In this document: positions 17,324 to 26,468 of the stretch, piece by piece
Numbering within the stretch: position 1 is the first letter of the stretch
How the letters are laid out: each line of letters starts with the position of its first letter
Assembly (NCBI RefSeq): GCF_004376175.1
Contig: NZ_SNUY01000040.1
Coordinates: 1-32,000 of the forward strand
Length of the DNA: 32,000 nt
Source: Halalkalibacterium halodurans
GTDB lineage: Bacteria; Bacillota; Bacilli; Bacillales; Bacillaceae_D
Reading direction: 5' to 3'
The notes under the pieces: model-generated
What the model saw: the letters and a program-made list of their open reading frames with translations, nothing else
Databases searched by the model: none
Told to the model about the DNA's origin: nothing
Translations under genes and position numbers: made by a program

Positions 17324-19781
17324 TTTTCGGTCGATTAAACGGAACTTTGCTAGCTCTTTGCTGTTGGTTGGGGCCCTTGTGGCGATATTTGTTGCAAGCC
17401 CCTTGAGCTTTTCGATGCTGTCGTCGATTCAAGCCGAAGTCGATGCAAACATCAAGCAGTATGCAAGAGGAAGTTATGATTTGCTTATTCGACCGATTGG
17501 TACACAGACAGCCGTAGAAACAACGCTTGGTGTCGTCGAAGAAAATTATTTGGCCCTTGGCGAAGGTGGAATTTCGCTTAACGAATGGGAAGCTATCAAA
17601 GCACTCGATGGGGTAGAAGTGGCGGCTCCGGTTGCATCGCTAGGCTACTTTGCGGGAGAAACACACACCGTGGCAGTCGAATTTCCAGAGAATAGCAGTT
17701 TTATTGAGGGACGATTTCAAACGTCAGACGGCCTACATACGTACCCGTTACAAGCAGGTGGCTCCTATTATGTGCTTAAACAAGAAGGTTACTACCATGG
17801 TTATGAATATGTGCAACAAGGGAATGAAGAAATTCCAGGGAGTGGAAGTCCGCCTTTTTTTTCGATGCCTGTTACGTACCACTTAATCGTCGGTATCGAT
17901 CAACAAGAGGAAGAAAAGCTTACAGGCTTTAATTTCTCCGCATTAAACAACAGCATCCCGGAAGGCTTTAGGTTTTATTTTGATCTTGATGTTGAGAGAC
18001 ATATTAAAATCATTTATTTGAAGGATGCGACTACGCCGCTAACTATGCAAGTGGATGTAGCACCGATTGATTGGGAGACTGCTGATACGGAGCGCCTAAA
18101 GGATGAGTTAGGGCTCACCTATGACGAGCCGCTGTTTATTTCTGAACAATTTCCATCGTTATTTGCACAGTTTCAGGATCGGCACATTGGACCGATCGAA
18201 ACGTATACCTTTGATCTATCTGAACACATGCCTCCATTTTCCTATGATCCTGTATCCCTTGACTACGACGGAAGCATGCATGAACCCATAGAGAATGCAT
18301 ACGGAGTGAGTGAATCATCCCGATTTTATCAAGCGTCCCCGATTGACTATGACATTCAAGCCGGAGGGCGCTTAAAGGTCAAGCAAGTAGGTGACTACGA
18401 AGGAATTCCAATTTACCGCACGATCCAAGAACAAGGAGGTGCTGCATACGAGTTGCATGGCATTGGGAAAATTCCGTTCTTGTTATACCCTGTCGGTCAT
18501 TTTACGACAGCAGAGTACGAGCATTCCCTTTCTGCTAGCCCGCTCGGCATCTATCAACAAGCACCCTCCGTGTTATCGGATGGCACGATGCTCCATGAAA
18601 CGATTGCACCGGGAAGTTTTGTCAATGCACCGGCCCACGGTCTGATGGCGTTAGAAGATGCGGCGTTTATTAAAGGAGATGCGCCGATTGATGCGATTCG
18701 AATACGGGTTGCAGGAATTACTGCGTACGATCAAGAGGCAGTGGATAAAATGAGTGAGGTGGCGACTGAGATTGCTAAATTAGGAGACTATCAAATCGAT
18801 GTGATCGCCGGAGCCTCTCCTGCTCCGATGACGATGGACGTTGAAGGTATAGGAGAAGTTGTTCAGCCATGGACGAGCTTAGGGGCTGCCGCTACGATTC
18901 GTGACGGCTGGAACGGGACGAACGTCTTGATTGCAGGATTGTTCCTATTCGTAAGTATTAGTTATTTGGCGAATCGGTTTCATTTTAGACGCCATACGAA
19001 AAAAGAGGAGCAGGAGCTTTTACTTGATCTAGGCTGGAAAAAACGACATATCCGATGGCTGTATCTAATGGAAAACAGCTCGCTCATCTTCCTCTCTGCC
19101 GCAATAGCCTCTCTCATTTTGCTCGCTTATATTTGGTTATATCAGGCAGATTGGTTCATTTTGATCTTTTTTGTTGCTGTCGTTGTGCTAACGTTTCTCT
19201 TTAGTTTGATCTATGTGTCGATGATGAGAGGCGTTCAGAAAATCTCTTTTCGAAGGCTAAAAGGACAAACGGTATGGATACGGAACCTGTTCTATTATCG
19301 GCGCTTACTGACGTTAAGCATCATTCAGCTAGCTTCGGTGGCACTGCTGCTCGCTTTTGTCGTCTCTTCGATTGCGGCGACGATTGCCCAAACAGGTGGA
19401 ACCTATTTAGGTGTATATATTAATGATGCTGTATTTATACCTCTAGTGTCTGTTATGGTGGCAGCGCTGTTTCTTGCTGTCTTGACGGTCGGTGAGAGCA
19501 CCTCAGCCTTTTTGCTTTTACGGAAAGAAGAGCTGCAAACATTGCGTGATATCGGCTGGCGTATAAAAGACGTCCACCGTCTCTGCTTAAAAGAGTCGGC
19601 TTTTTGGACAACTGGGGCGATTATGGGCGGTGTCGTCATCAGCCTTCTCACGGTCAGCGTGTTTTATTCGCTTTCCCTTTCGTTGCTTTTATTTGCTGTC
19701 GTGGCGGTCGTACTTCTAAGTAGTATTGCAATCGTAACGGCAGGAGGCATGATCCGATCCTCGTTACGAAAAATGGTATGA
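17310..19781 (+). CDS. FtsX/MacB-family ABC permease, 823 aa, with a roughly 500-aa extracytoplasmic domain after TM1 and two FtsX-type helix bundles
   Basis: N-terminus MLRYSFRSIKRNFASSLLL (typical FtsX-family start), then GSYDLLIRP. The hydrophilic region spans roughly 17430-18915 and is followed by 7 hydrophobic helices. AAAGGAG lies 9 nt before ATG 17310. Confidence 0.8.
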   Translation: MLRYSFRSIKRNFASSLLLVGALVAIFVASPLSFSMLSSIQAEVDANIKQYARGSYDLLIRPIGTQTAVETTLGVVEENYLALGEGGISLNEWEAIKALDGVEVAAPVASLGYFAGETHTVAVEFPENSSFIEGRFQTSDGLHTYPLQAGGSYYVLKQEGYYHGYEYVQQGNEEIPGSGSPPFFSMPVTYHLIVGIDQQEEEKLTGFNFSALNNSIPEGFRFYFDLDVERHIKIIYLKDATTPLTMQVDVAPIDWETADTERLKDELGLTYDEPLFISEQFPSLFAQFQDRHIGPIETYTFDLSEHMPPFSYDPVSLDYDGSMHEPIENAYGVSESSRFYQASPIDYDIQAGGRLKVKQVGDYEGIPIYRTIQEQGGAAYELHGIGKIPFLLYPVGHFTTAEYEHSLSASPLGIYQQAPSVLSDGTMLHETIAPGSFVNAPAHGLMALEDAAFIKGDAPIDAIRIRVAGITAYDQEAVDKMSEVATEIAKLGDYQIDVIAGASPAPMTMDVEGIGEVVQPWTSLGAAATIRDGWNGTNVLIAGLFLFVSISYLANRFHFRRHTKKEEQELLLDLGWKKRHIRWLYLMENSSLIFLSAAIASLILLAYIWLYQADWFILIFFVAVVVLTFLFSLIYVSMMRGVQKISFRRLKGQTVWIRNLFYYRRLLTLSIIQLASVALLLAFVVSSIAATIAQTGGTYLGVYINDAVFIPLVSVMVAALFLAVLTVGESTSAFLLLRKEELQTLRDIGWRIKDVHRLCLKESAFWTTGAIMGGVVISLLTVSVFYSLSLSLLLFAVVAVVLLSSIAIVTAGGMIRSSLRKMV

Positions 19782-19800
19782 TAACCGTGTAAAGGAGGTA

Positions 19801-19830
19801 AGGGCTAGCATGTTGCTAGCTCTTATTTCG
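19801..19830 (+). terminator. Terminator of the ABC cluster
   Basis: AGGGCTAGCA-TGT-TGCTAGCTCT followed by TATTT. Confidence 0.55.
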
Positions 19831-19973
19831 CATTGATTAAAGGCTCTCTGCTGTTACCTCGAGACTCAGCAATCGCTGAGCTTTCTCTCTGTTTTCAGCC
19901 CATATAAACCTTATGTTTCTTTCTGAGACCAAAAAGAACGAAAAGATTAATAAAACCAAAATCACGCAAAACA

Positions 19974-19991
19974 TGAAAGCGCTTTTATAAT
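19974..19991 (+). promoter_or_regulatory. cre (CcpA) site TGAAAGCGCTTTTA overlapping a TATAAT -10 box
   Basis: The site matches TGWAANCGNTNWCA at all constrained positions but one. TATAAT is at 19986-19991, 39 nt upstream of the TAXI gene ATG. Confidence 0.55.
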
Positions 19992-20029
19992 GATAATTGA
20001 AAGAAGATTCAAAAAAGGGGGAGCAAAGA

Positions 20030-21070
20030 ATGAAAAAACTATCAAAGCGGTCGCTGTTGTCCGCTATTGTAGGAGTAAGTTTGCTAGTTACTGCAGCATG
20101 CGGTGGTGGAAGTGATTCAACAGGAGCGGATGAAGCTGGAGAGGTTGAAGAAAAAGAAAGACCGTCCAGCGTGGTGATTGGAACTGCTTCTCAAGGGGGC
20201 GTTTACTACATTTACGGTGGTGGATTGGCCCAGCTATTAGACCGTGAGCTTGGCGTAAGCTCAAATGTTGAAGTAACAGGTGGACCTGTTCACAACATGC
20301 AGCTCGTGAATGAGCAAGAACAGGACATTGGCATGATCACAATGGGTCCTGGCTATGAAGGTGTATTGGGAGAAGGGGATTGGACAGGTGGAGAGACGTA
20401 TGATAACGTCCGTGTCATTTTCCCGATGTATACGACTCCTTTCCACTGGTGGTCGTTGGAGTCAAGCGGCGTAACGTCCATTGAAGACATGGACGGGATG
20501 CGTGTCGGTGTTGGACCTTCTGGAGGTACTTCCGGAACGTATCTACCAATCATTCATGAAGTGCTAGGTTTGGATATTACACCAGTTCTTGCAGGTGCTA
20601 ACGATATGGTTAGCCAACAGTTAGATGGTCAGCTTGATGTCATTGGGTTTGCAGCAGGCCTGCCAATTCCGGCTGTTGCAGAAGTTGAAGCTCAGCGAGA
20701 CATTCACCTATTTGGAATTGATGGAGAAAGTCGTGACAAGGTTTTAGAAGCATTACCGTACTTTGAGCCGTATACCATTCCAGCGGATACGTACGATCAG
20801 CTTGATGAAGACCTAGAAACGATTGCGATGTTTAACTTCGGTATTACGTACAGTGAAATGAATGCTGACTTTGTTTACGAGCTTGTCAAAGCGTATCACG
20901 AAAACAATGATTTGCTTATGACTACACACTCTTCGGCAGAAGAGGCAGTACCAGAGGCAATTTTGCGAAATGAAGTTGTGCCTCTACATGTAGGAGCGAT
21001 TCGTTATTACGAGGAAATCGGTATCGACCTTCCTGAATCCGTATATCCTGCTGAATGGGGAAACGAATAA
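20030..21070 (+). CDS. TAXI-family TRAP transporter solute-binding lipoprotein
   Basis: Lipoprotein signal MKKLSKRSLLSAIVGVSLLVTAAC. The TAXI motif is GTASQGGVYYIYGGGLAQLL. GGGGGAG lies 6 nt before ATG 20030. Confidence 0.85.
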   Translation: MKKLSKRSLLSAIVGVSLLVTAACGGGSDSTGADEAGEVEEKERPSSVVIGTASQGGVYYIYGGGLAQLLDRELGVSSNVEVTGGPVHNMQLVNEQEQDIGMITMGPGYEGVLGEGDWTGGETYDNVRVIFPMYTTPFHWWSLESSGVTSIEDMDGMRVGVGPSGGTSGTYLPIIHEVLGLDITPVLAGANDMVSQQLDGQLDVIGFAAGLPIPAVAEVEAQRDIHLFGIDGESRDKVLEALPYFEPYTIPADTYDQLDEDLETIAMFNFGITYSEMNADFVYELVKAYHENNDLLMTTHSSAEEAVPEAILRNEVVPLHVGAIRYYEEIGIDLPESVYPAEWGNE

Positions 21071-21083
21071 AACGATTGTTGCA

Positions 21084-21113
21084 GCCCTTGCTTTCATGAT
21101 GGAAAGCAGGGGC
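21084..21113 (+). other. Intercistronic stem-loop between the SBP and permease genes
   Basis: GCCCTTGCTTTC-ATGATG-GAAAGCAGGGGC, 11/12 paired, with no T-run. This is typical of differential mRNA stability in binding-protein-dependent operons. Confidence 0.5.
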
Positions 21114-21183
21114 CGCAATAGTAAGCATTGTTCAAAAAGTCGAATGTAGCAGTATCAACTACGAAAGGATAGGAGGGATTCCC

Positions 21184-23142
21184 ATGGCTGATGAGCAAAA
21201 AGTGAACTCCGTTGTAAGTGAAGACAAGGCAAAAGAATTGGAAGAAGCTGTTGAAGGCCCATCCAACGCTCGTTCGTTAACAGGTTGGGTCGGAATTCTG
21301 TTCACTGTCATTGCGGTTGGGGGAGCACTCTTTCATTTATATATTTTAAACTTTCATCCGATTGAGCCGTGGATTTTTCGCAGCGTTCATATCGCGTTAG
21401 GAGCCGTTCTTGGATTTCTATTGTTTAGAGGATGGAAAACAGATTCAAATCGCGTTCATGTCGTCGATTGGTTGCTGATCGCTGCAACGTTGTTTGTCAC
21501 CTTTTATATTTATCAAAATGTCTCGGCCTTGTTGTTCCGTGTTGGGGTTATGCCACAACCGATGGATACAATCGTTGCCGTTTTAGGACTTCTCATCATT
21601 CTTGAGTTGACACGGAGAACAAGTGGCTGGACGTTGCCAATTTTATCAGGGGTATTTATTGCTTACGCCTTTCTCGGACCGTGGCTACCAGGATTTTTGA
21701 ATCACGGTGGGTATTCATTTGATCGATTTGTTACGTATATTTATAGCTTGGATGGAGTATTCGGCGTAACCGTTGACGTTTCGTCGAAATACATTTTATT
21801 GTTCATTGTTTTCGGGGCCTTTTTACAAATGTCCGGTGTCGGCCGATTTTTCATTGACTTTTCATTCTCATTGGCTGGTGGGATGAGAGGGGGACCGGCA
21901 AAAGTGTCCGTTATTTCAAGTGGATTGATGGGCATGATGAACGGGACATCTGCCGGAAATGCAGTAGCGACTGGGTCGTTGACGATTCCGTTAATGAGAC
22001 GTGTCGGCTATAAAGGGCAGTTTGCTGCGGCGACGGAAGCGACCGCTTCTGCTGGGGGACAAATTATGATTCCGATCATGGGAGCCGGTGCCTTTATTAT
22101 GGCGGAAATTACCGGAATCCGTTACTCGGAAATCATTATCGCAGCAGCCATCCCTGCATTCCTCTATTTCTTGTCTGTTTACTTCATGGTTGATTTTCAA
22201 GCGATTAAAAACGGAATGAAGGGGTTGTCTCGTAAAGAGCTTCCACCTCTCAAAGGAATTTTAAAGCAATCCTATTTGTTTATTCCAGTCGTCTTGCTTA
22301 TTGCTTCCTTGCTTATGGGCTATTCGATAATCCGCTCAGGTACAGTTTCGATTCTCGCCTGCTTTATCGTGAGCTGGATCCACCCAACGACTCGGATGGG
22401 GCTAAAGAAAGTGCTCGGTGCATTAGAGCTAGGAATGAAAAATGTCATTCAGCTCTTAGCGGTATGTGCGTGTGCAGGGATTATCGTTGGAGTCATTGCC
22501 CTTACAGGGGTCGGCTTGCGATTTAGCTCCATGCTTTTAGGGATTGCGGATGCAAACAAACTGTTGGCCCTCCTATTTGCCATGGGGATCTCCATCATTC
22601 TTGGGATGGGTATGCCGACGACAGCCGCTTATGCCGTTGCAGCTGCCGTTGTTGCACCAGGTTTGATTCAGATTGGCATTGAGCCATTACACGCCCATAT
22701 GTTTGTTTTCTACTATGCGGTCATGTCAGCCATTACGCCACCGGTAGCGCTCGCAGCCTATGCGGCGGCTGGTGTAGCAGGAACGGATCCATTCAAAACC
22801 GGGGTCGATGCATTCAAGCTAGGATTGGCAGCGTTTATCGTACCGTTTATGTTCATTTACAGTCCGGCGATCATGATGGAAGGCGAAATCATGAGCATTG
22901 CCCTTGCGACGATTACCGCTTCTGTCGGCGTCTACTTGCTTGCGGCAGCGGTTCAAGGTTGGCTTGCAGGTAAAGCTGCATTAACTGTTGTTCGTTTGCT
23001 CCTCATTGTCGCTGCTGTTTGTCTTATTCATTCAAGCTGGGTGTATGACTTTGTCGCCCTCGGAATCGTGGCTATTGCATTTATTTTACAAAGAACGGTT
23101 AATAAACAAACACCATTGGATCCGAAGGCAAGTACAGTTTAA
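21184..23142 (+). CDS. TRAP transporter fused 4TM/12TM permease (TAXI-associated)
   Basis: 652-aa polytopic protein immediately downstream of the TAXI SBP, with the typical fused DctQM-like organisation. AGGAGGGA lies before the ATG. Confidence 0.85.
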   Translation: MADEQKVNSVVSEDKAKELEEAVEGPSNARSLTGWVGILFTVIAVGGALFHLYILNFHPIEPWIFRSVHIALGAVLGFLLFRGWKTDSNRVHVVDWLLIAATLFVTFYIYQNVSALLFRVGVMPQPMDTIVAVLGLLIILELTRRTSGWTLPILSGVFIAYAFLGPWLPGFLNHGGYSFDRFVTYIYSLDGVFGVTVDVSSKYILLFIVFGAFLQMSGVGRFFIDFSFSLAGGMRGGPAKVSVISSGLMGMMNGTSAGNAVATGSLTIPLMRRVGYKGQFAAATEATASAGGQIMIPIMGAGAFIMAEITGIRYSEIIIAAAIPAFLYFLSVYFMVDFQAIKNGMKGLSRKELPPLKGILKQSYLFIPVVLLIASLLMGYSIIRSGTVSILACFIVSWIHPTTRMGLKKVLGALELGMKNVIQLLAVCACAGIIVGVIALTGVGLRFSSMLLGIADANKLLALLFAMGISIILGMGMPTTAAYAVAAAVVAPGLIQIGIEPLHAHMFVFYYAVMSAITPPVALAAYAAAGVAGTDPFKTGVDAFKLGLAAFIVPFMFIYSPAIMMEGEIMSIALATITASVGVYLLAAAVQGWLAGKAALTVVRLLLIVAAVCLIHSSWVYDFVALGIVAIAFILQRTVNKQTPLDPKASTV

Positions 23143-23159
23143 ACATAAAAAATTGAAAG

Positions 23160-23190
23160 GGCTACTCCAAAAAGGGGTGGCCTTTTTTCT
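23160..23190 (+). terminator. Rho-independent terminator of the TRAP operon
   Basis: GGCTACTCC-AAAAA-GGGGTGGCC (9 bp including 2 G-U pairs) followed by TTTTTT. Confidence 0.75.
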
Positions 23191-23474
23191 TTTCCGAGGT
23201 TAAAAACAACCGAGAGTGCTCTAGATCAGTCCCCCCTTTAGTTTTGCTCTGCATTAAGCGCGTGCTTCGCTTTTTTTAAGTTTCATTTGTTAAACATTCT
23301 GACATGATTTTTTGTCAAATAATGATCTTTTTTCTTATGGAACGATTGTGATAGATTGATGTGGAGTTTTGATAATTCTAAATTTTCATTTAAAAGGAGG
23401 TTGAGGTTTATTTACGATTTTGTTAACAGTTGGCCGTTGGTTTCGGGTACTTTATTTGGGGGTGATGGAATCTG

Positions 23475-25199
23475 ATGAAGTGGATGAAATCCATGGCATG
23501 GTTGGCCGTTGTTTTGGTCGTTTCGTTCGTAGCTCCTGCCGTTAGTTCTGCTCATGAGGATGTGAAAACTCTCGATATTCAGTCCTATGTAAGAGACATG
23601 CAGCCGGGTTGGAATCTTGGGAATACGTTTGATGCCGTCGGACAAGATGAAACAGCATGGGGAAATCCACGTGTGACACGAGAATTAATTGAACGGATTG
23701 CGGATGAAGGGTATAAAAGCATTCGGATTCCGGTGACGTGGGAAAATCGTATCGGAGGGGCACCTGATTATCCTATTGATCCTCAGTTTTTAAATCGAGT
23801 GGACCAAGTGGTTCAATGGGCGCTGGAAGAAGATTTGTATGTCATGATTAATTTACACCATGATTCATGGTTATGGATTTATGAAATGGAGCACAACTAC
23901 AATGGTGTAATGGTCAAGTATCGCTCGCTCTGGGAGCAACTATCGAACCACTTCAAAGACTATCCAACAAAGCTTATGTTTGAAAGTGTCAATGAGCCAA
24001 AGTTTAGTCAAAACTGGGACGAGATCCGTGAGAATCACCATGCGTTACTAGATGACTTAAACACGGTCTTTTTCGAGATTGTGAGACAGTCTGGTGGCCA
24101 AAATGATATCCGGCCGTTAGTGTTACCAACTATGGAAACAGCCACATCACAACCGTTGCTAAACAACCTTTATCAAACGATCGACAAATTGGATGATCCT
24201 AACCTCATTGCCACGGTACACTATTACGGTTTTTGGCCTTTTAGCGTGAATATCGCTGGCTACACTCGGTTTGAAGAGGATTCGAAACGGGAGATCATCG
24301 AAGCGTTTGATCGAGTACACCATACATTTGTAGCAAGAGGGATTCCAGTCGTTCTAGGTGAGTTCGGCTTGCTTGGATTCGATAAACATACTGGAGTGAT
24401 TCAACAAGGTGAAAAGCTAAAGTTCTTTGAGTTTCTTATCCATCATTTGAACGAGCGGGATATTACCCATATGCTTTGGGATAATGGGCAGCATTTCAAT
24501 CGTCATACGTACGAATGGTATGACCAGGAATTGTTTGACATGATGCGGGCAAGCTGGGAAGGACGATCATCCGTTGCCGAGTCAAACTTTATCTATTTGA
24601 AACAGGGAGATCCAATCGCAGATGCAACGGTATCTTTACAATTGCACGGAAATGAATTAACAGGGCTCCGGGCCAATGGACAACGACTAACGCCGGGGCA
24701 GGACTATGAGTTAAATGGAGAAAGACTTACAGTGAAGGCCCATGTCCTATCGGCAATCGCTGGCTCAGGTACGTTAGGTTCAAATGGCGTGGTAACGGCC
24801 GAATTTAATCGTGGGGCAGATTGGCATTTTCGGGTGAATACGTATCGTACGCCTGTATTGCAAAGCACGCAAGGCCACGTGAGCAACTTCAGCATTCCTG
24901 CTTCCTTTAATGGGAATAGCTTAGCAACAATGGAGGCTGTCTATGTGGATGGCGGAAATGCTGGCCCGCAAGACTGGACCTCCTTTAAGGAGTTTGGCTA
25001 TGCCTTCTCTCCTTCTTATGATACAAATGAGATGAAACTGACCGAGGCGTTTTTTCGTGAGGTGCGGGATGGTGAAGTTCGGTTAACCTTCCATTTTTGG
25101 AGTGGTGAAACAGTCAACTATACGATTATTAAAAACGGGAACCAGGTGACTGGGATAGCAGCTCAGACAACCAATTCAAAAAACAAAAATAAAAAATAA
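23475..25199 (+). CDS. Secreted GH5 endo-1,4-beta-glucanase (cellulase) with a roughly 200-aa C-terminal accessory or binding module
   Basis: Signal peptide ending VSSA|HE. GH5 motifs are GWNLGNTFDA, IRIPVTW, the acid/base FESVNEP and the nucleophile VVLGEFG. The C-terminal half is beta-rich and ends in a Lys/Asn tail. Confidence 0.9.
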   Translation: MKWMKSMAWLAVVLVVSFVAPAVSSAHEDVKTLDIQSYVRDMQPGWNLGNTFDAVGQDETAWGNPRVTRELIERIADEGYKSIRIPVTWENRIGGAPDYPIDPQFLNRVDQVVQWALEEDLYVMINLHHDSWLWIYEMEHNYNGVMVKYRSLWEQLSNHFKDYPTKLMFESVNEPKFSQNWDEIRENHHALLDDLNTVFFEIVRQSGGQNDIRPLVLPTMETATSQPLLNNLYQTIDKLDDPNLIATVHYYGFWPFSVNIAGYTRFEEDSKREIIEAFDRVHHTFVARGIPVVLGEFGLLGFDKHTGVIQQGEKLKFFEFLIHHLNERDITHMLWDNGQHFNRHTYEWYDQELFDMMRASWEGRSSVAESNFIYLKQGDPIADATVSLQLHGNELTGLRANGQRLTPGQDYELNGERLTVKAHVLSAIAGSGTLGSNGVVTAEFNRGADWHFRVNTYRTPVLQSTQGHVSNFSIPASFNGNSLATMEAVYVDGGNAGPQDWTSFKEFGYAFSPSYDTNEMKLTEAFFREVRDGEVRLTFHFWSGETVNYTIIKNGNQVTGIAAQTTNSKNKNKK

Positions 25200-25202
25200 A
25201 AT

Positions 25203-25216
25203 TGAAAGCGCTTTCT
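25203..25216. promoter_or_regulatory. cre-like perfect palindrome TGAAAGCGCTTTCT, starting 4 nt after the cellulase stop codon
   Basis: The core GAAAGCGCTTTC is a perfect 12-bp palindrome. It matches the cre consensus except at the last base. Confidence 0.35.
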
Positions 25217-25225
25217 ATGGTGTTG

Positions 25226-25272
25226 CCCGAATATCTGAGGTTCTTTAGTAGAATCCGATATTCGGGTTTTTT
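25226..25272 (+). terminator. Rho-independent terminator of the cellulase gene
   Basis: CCCGAATATC...GATATTCGGG followed by TTTTTT. Confidence 0.85.
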
Positions 25273-25511
25273 CATACATTATAGGGGCGCTTTTTTATGT
25301 TGCGCAGGTTAAATGGTTTTACGTATGGGAACCCTACTACTAGATTATTGTGCACTCTTTTTGAGTATCATTATCACCGTCTTATCATATGTATATGAGT
25401 TGAACCATCTAGTAACCTCTCTTAAAATTGGTAAAGGAAATGTAACGTTGTGATAGTAAGGAAATGGTATGATGGAGAGAGACGTGTGTTCGAGAAATGG
25501 AGGAGCGTAGA

Positions 25512-26468
25512 ATGAATGAAACGATGCAACGCATCGCGAGAGTCATAGAGAATGTGGAACGAGTGGTCGTCGGGAAACGTCAGGAAATCGAGCTGAGCCT
25601 TGTCGCATTATTTGCTAGCGGTCATGTGCTCTTAGAAGATGTACCTGGTGTAGGGAAGACAATGCTGGTGAAGGCGATTGCTCGATCACTTGGTGCCGAT
25701 TTTAAGCGAATTCAATTTACCCCAGATCTTCTCCCATCTGATGTCACAGGAGTTTCGATTTATAATCAAAAAACGCAGCAATTTGAATTTCGTTCCGGTC
25801 CTATTATGGCCAATGTCGTTTTAGCGGATGAAATCAATCGGACCTCCCCGAAAACCCAGTCAGCATTACTGGAGGCGTTAGAGGAAGGTAGTGTGACGAT
25901 TGAAGGGAAATCTCTTGTCTTGTCAAAGCCTTTCTTTGTTATGGCGACACAAAATCCAGTAGAATACGCGGGGACTTATCCATTGCCTGAAGCGCAGCTC
26001 GATCGGTTTTTGTTTCGTCTGCAACTAGGATACCCTAAGCCGGACGAAGAGCTGGATGTCTTAAAGCGGTTAGAGAAACAGCATCCAATCCAGGAGCTAT
26101 CTCCAGTGATGGAAACAGAGGAGGTTATCCAACTCCAGGAAGAGATTAAGGATGTTTTCGTTGAAGATAATGTGAAGGCCTATATCGTTGAGATTGTCAA
26201 TTTGACGAGAAAGCACCAGAAGGTTGAATTAGGCGTAAGTCCGAGAGGGTCGATTGCAATGATGAAGGCGGCTCAAGCTTATGCGATGATCCAAGGGCGT
26301 GACTATGTGATTCCAGATGACATCAAAACACTAGCACCATTTGCTCTTAGTCACCGCTTAATTTTAACAGCAGAGGCGAAAATGTCAGGGACTGATCATG
26401 AAGAGATCATACACGATGTACTGCAACAGGCGAAAGTGCCAGTCATACGAAAGGAACTATTGACGTAG
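25512..26468 (+). CDS. yeaC: MoxR-family AAA+ ATPase
   Basis: Walker A EDVPGVGKT and Walker B VVLADEINR. The conserved MoxR C-terminal region is VSPRGSIAMMKAAQAYAMIQGRDYVIPDD. GGAGGAG lies 6 nt before ATG 25512. Confidence 0.9.
   Translation: MNETMQRIARVIENVERVVVGKRQEIELSLVALFASGHVLLEDVPGVGKTMLVKAIARSLGADFKRIQFTPDLLPSDVTGVSIYNQKTQQFEFRSGPIMANVVLADEINRTSPKTQSALLEALEEGSVTIEGKSLVLSKPFFVMATQNPVEYAGTYPLPEAQLDRFLFRLQLGYPKPDEELDVLKRLEKQHPIQELSPVMETEEVIQLQEEIKDVFVEDNVKAYIVEIVNLTRKHQKVELGVSPRGSIAMMKAAQAYAMIQGRDYVIPDDIKTLAPFALSHRLILTAEAKMSGTDHEEIIHDVLQQAKVPVIRKELLT

Noticed and set aside
19792-19836. An 8-codon mini-ORF (MLLALISH) with an AAAGGAGGT SD, just after the FtsX permease gene.
   Set aside because: It coincides with the terminator hairpin (its ATG is in the loop region). 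The SD spacing of 11 nt is long. It is too short to evaluate and is probably fortuitous.
23339-23352. A possible cre box (ATGGAACGATTGTG) upstream of the cellulase gene.
   Set aside because: It fails the invariant TG at positions 1-2 and CA at positions 13-14 when centred on the CG. It is not better than random.
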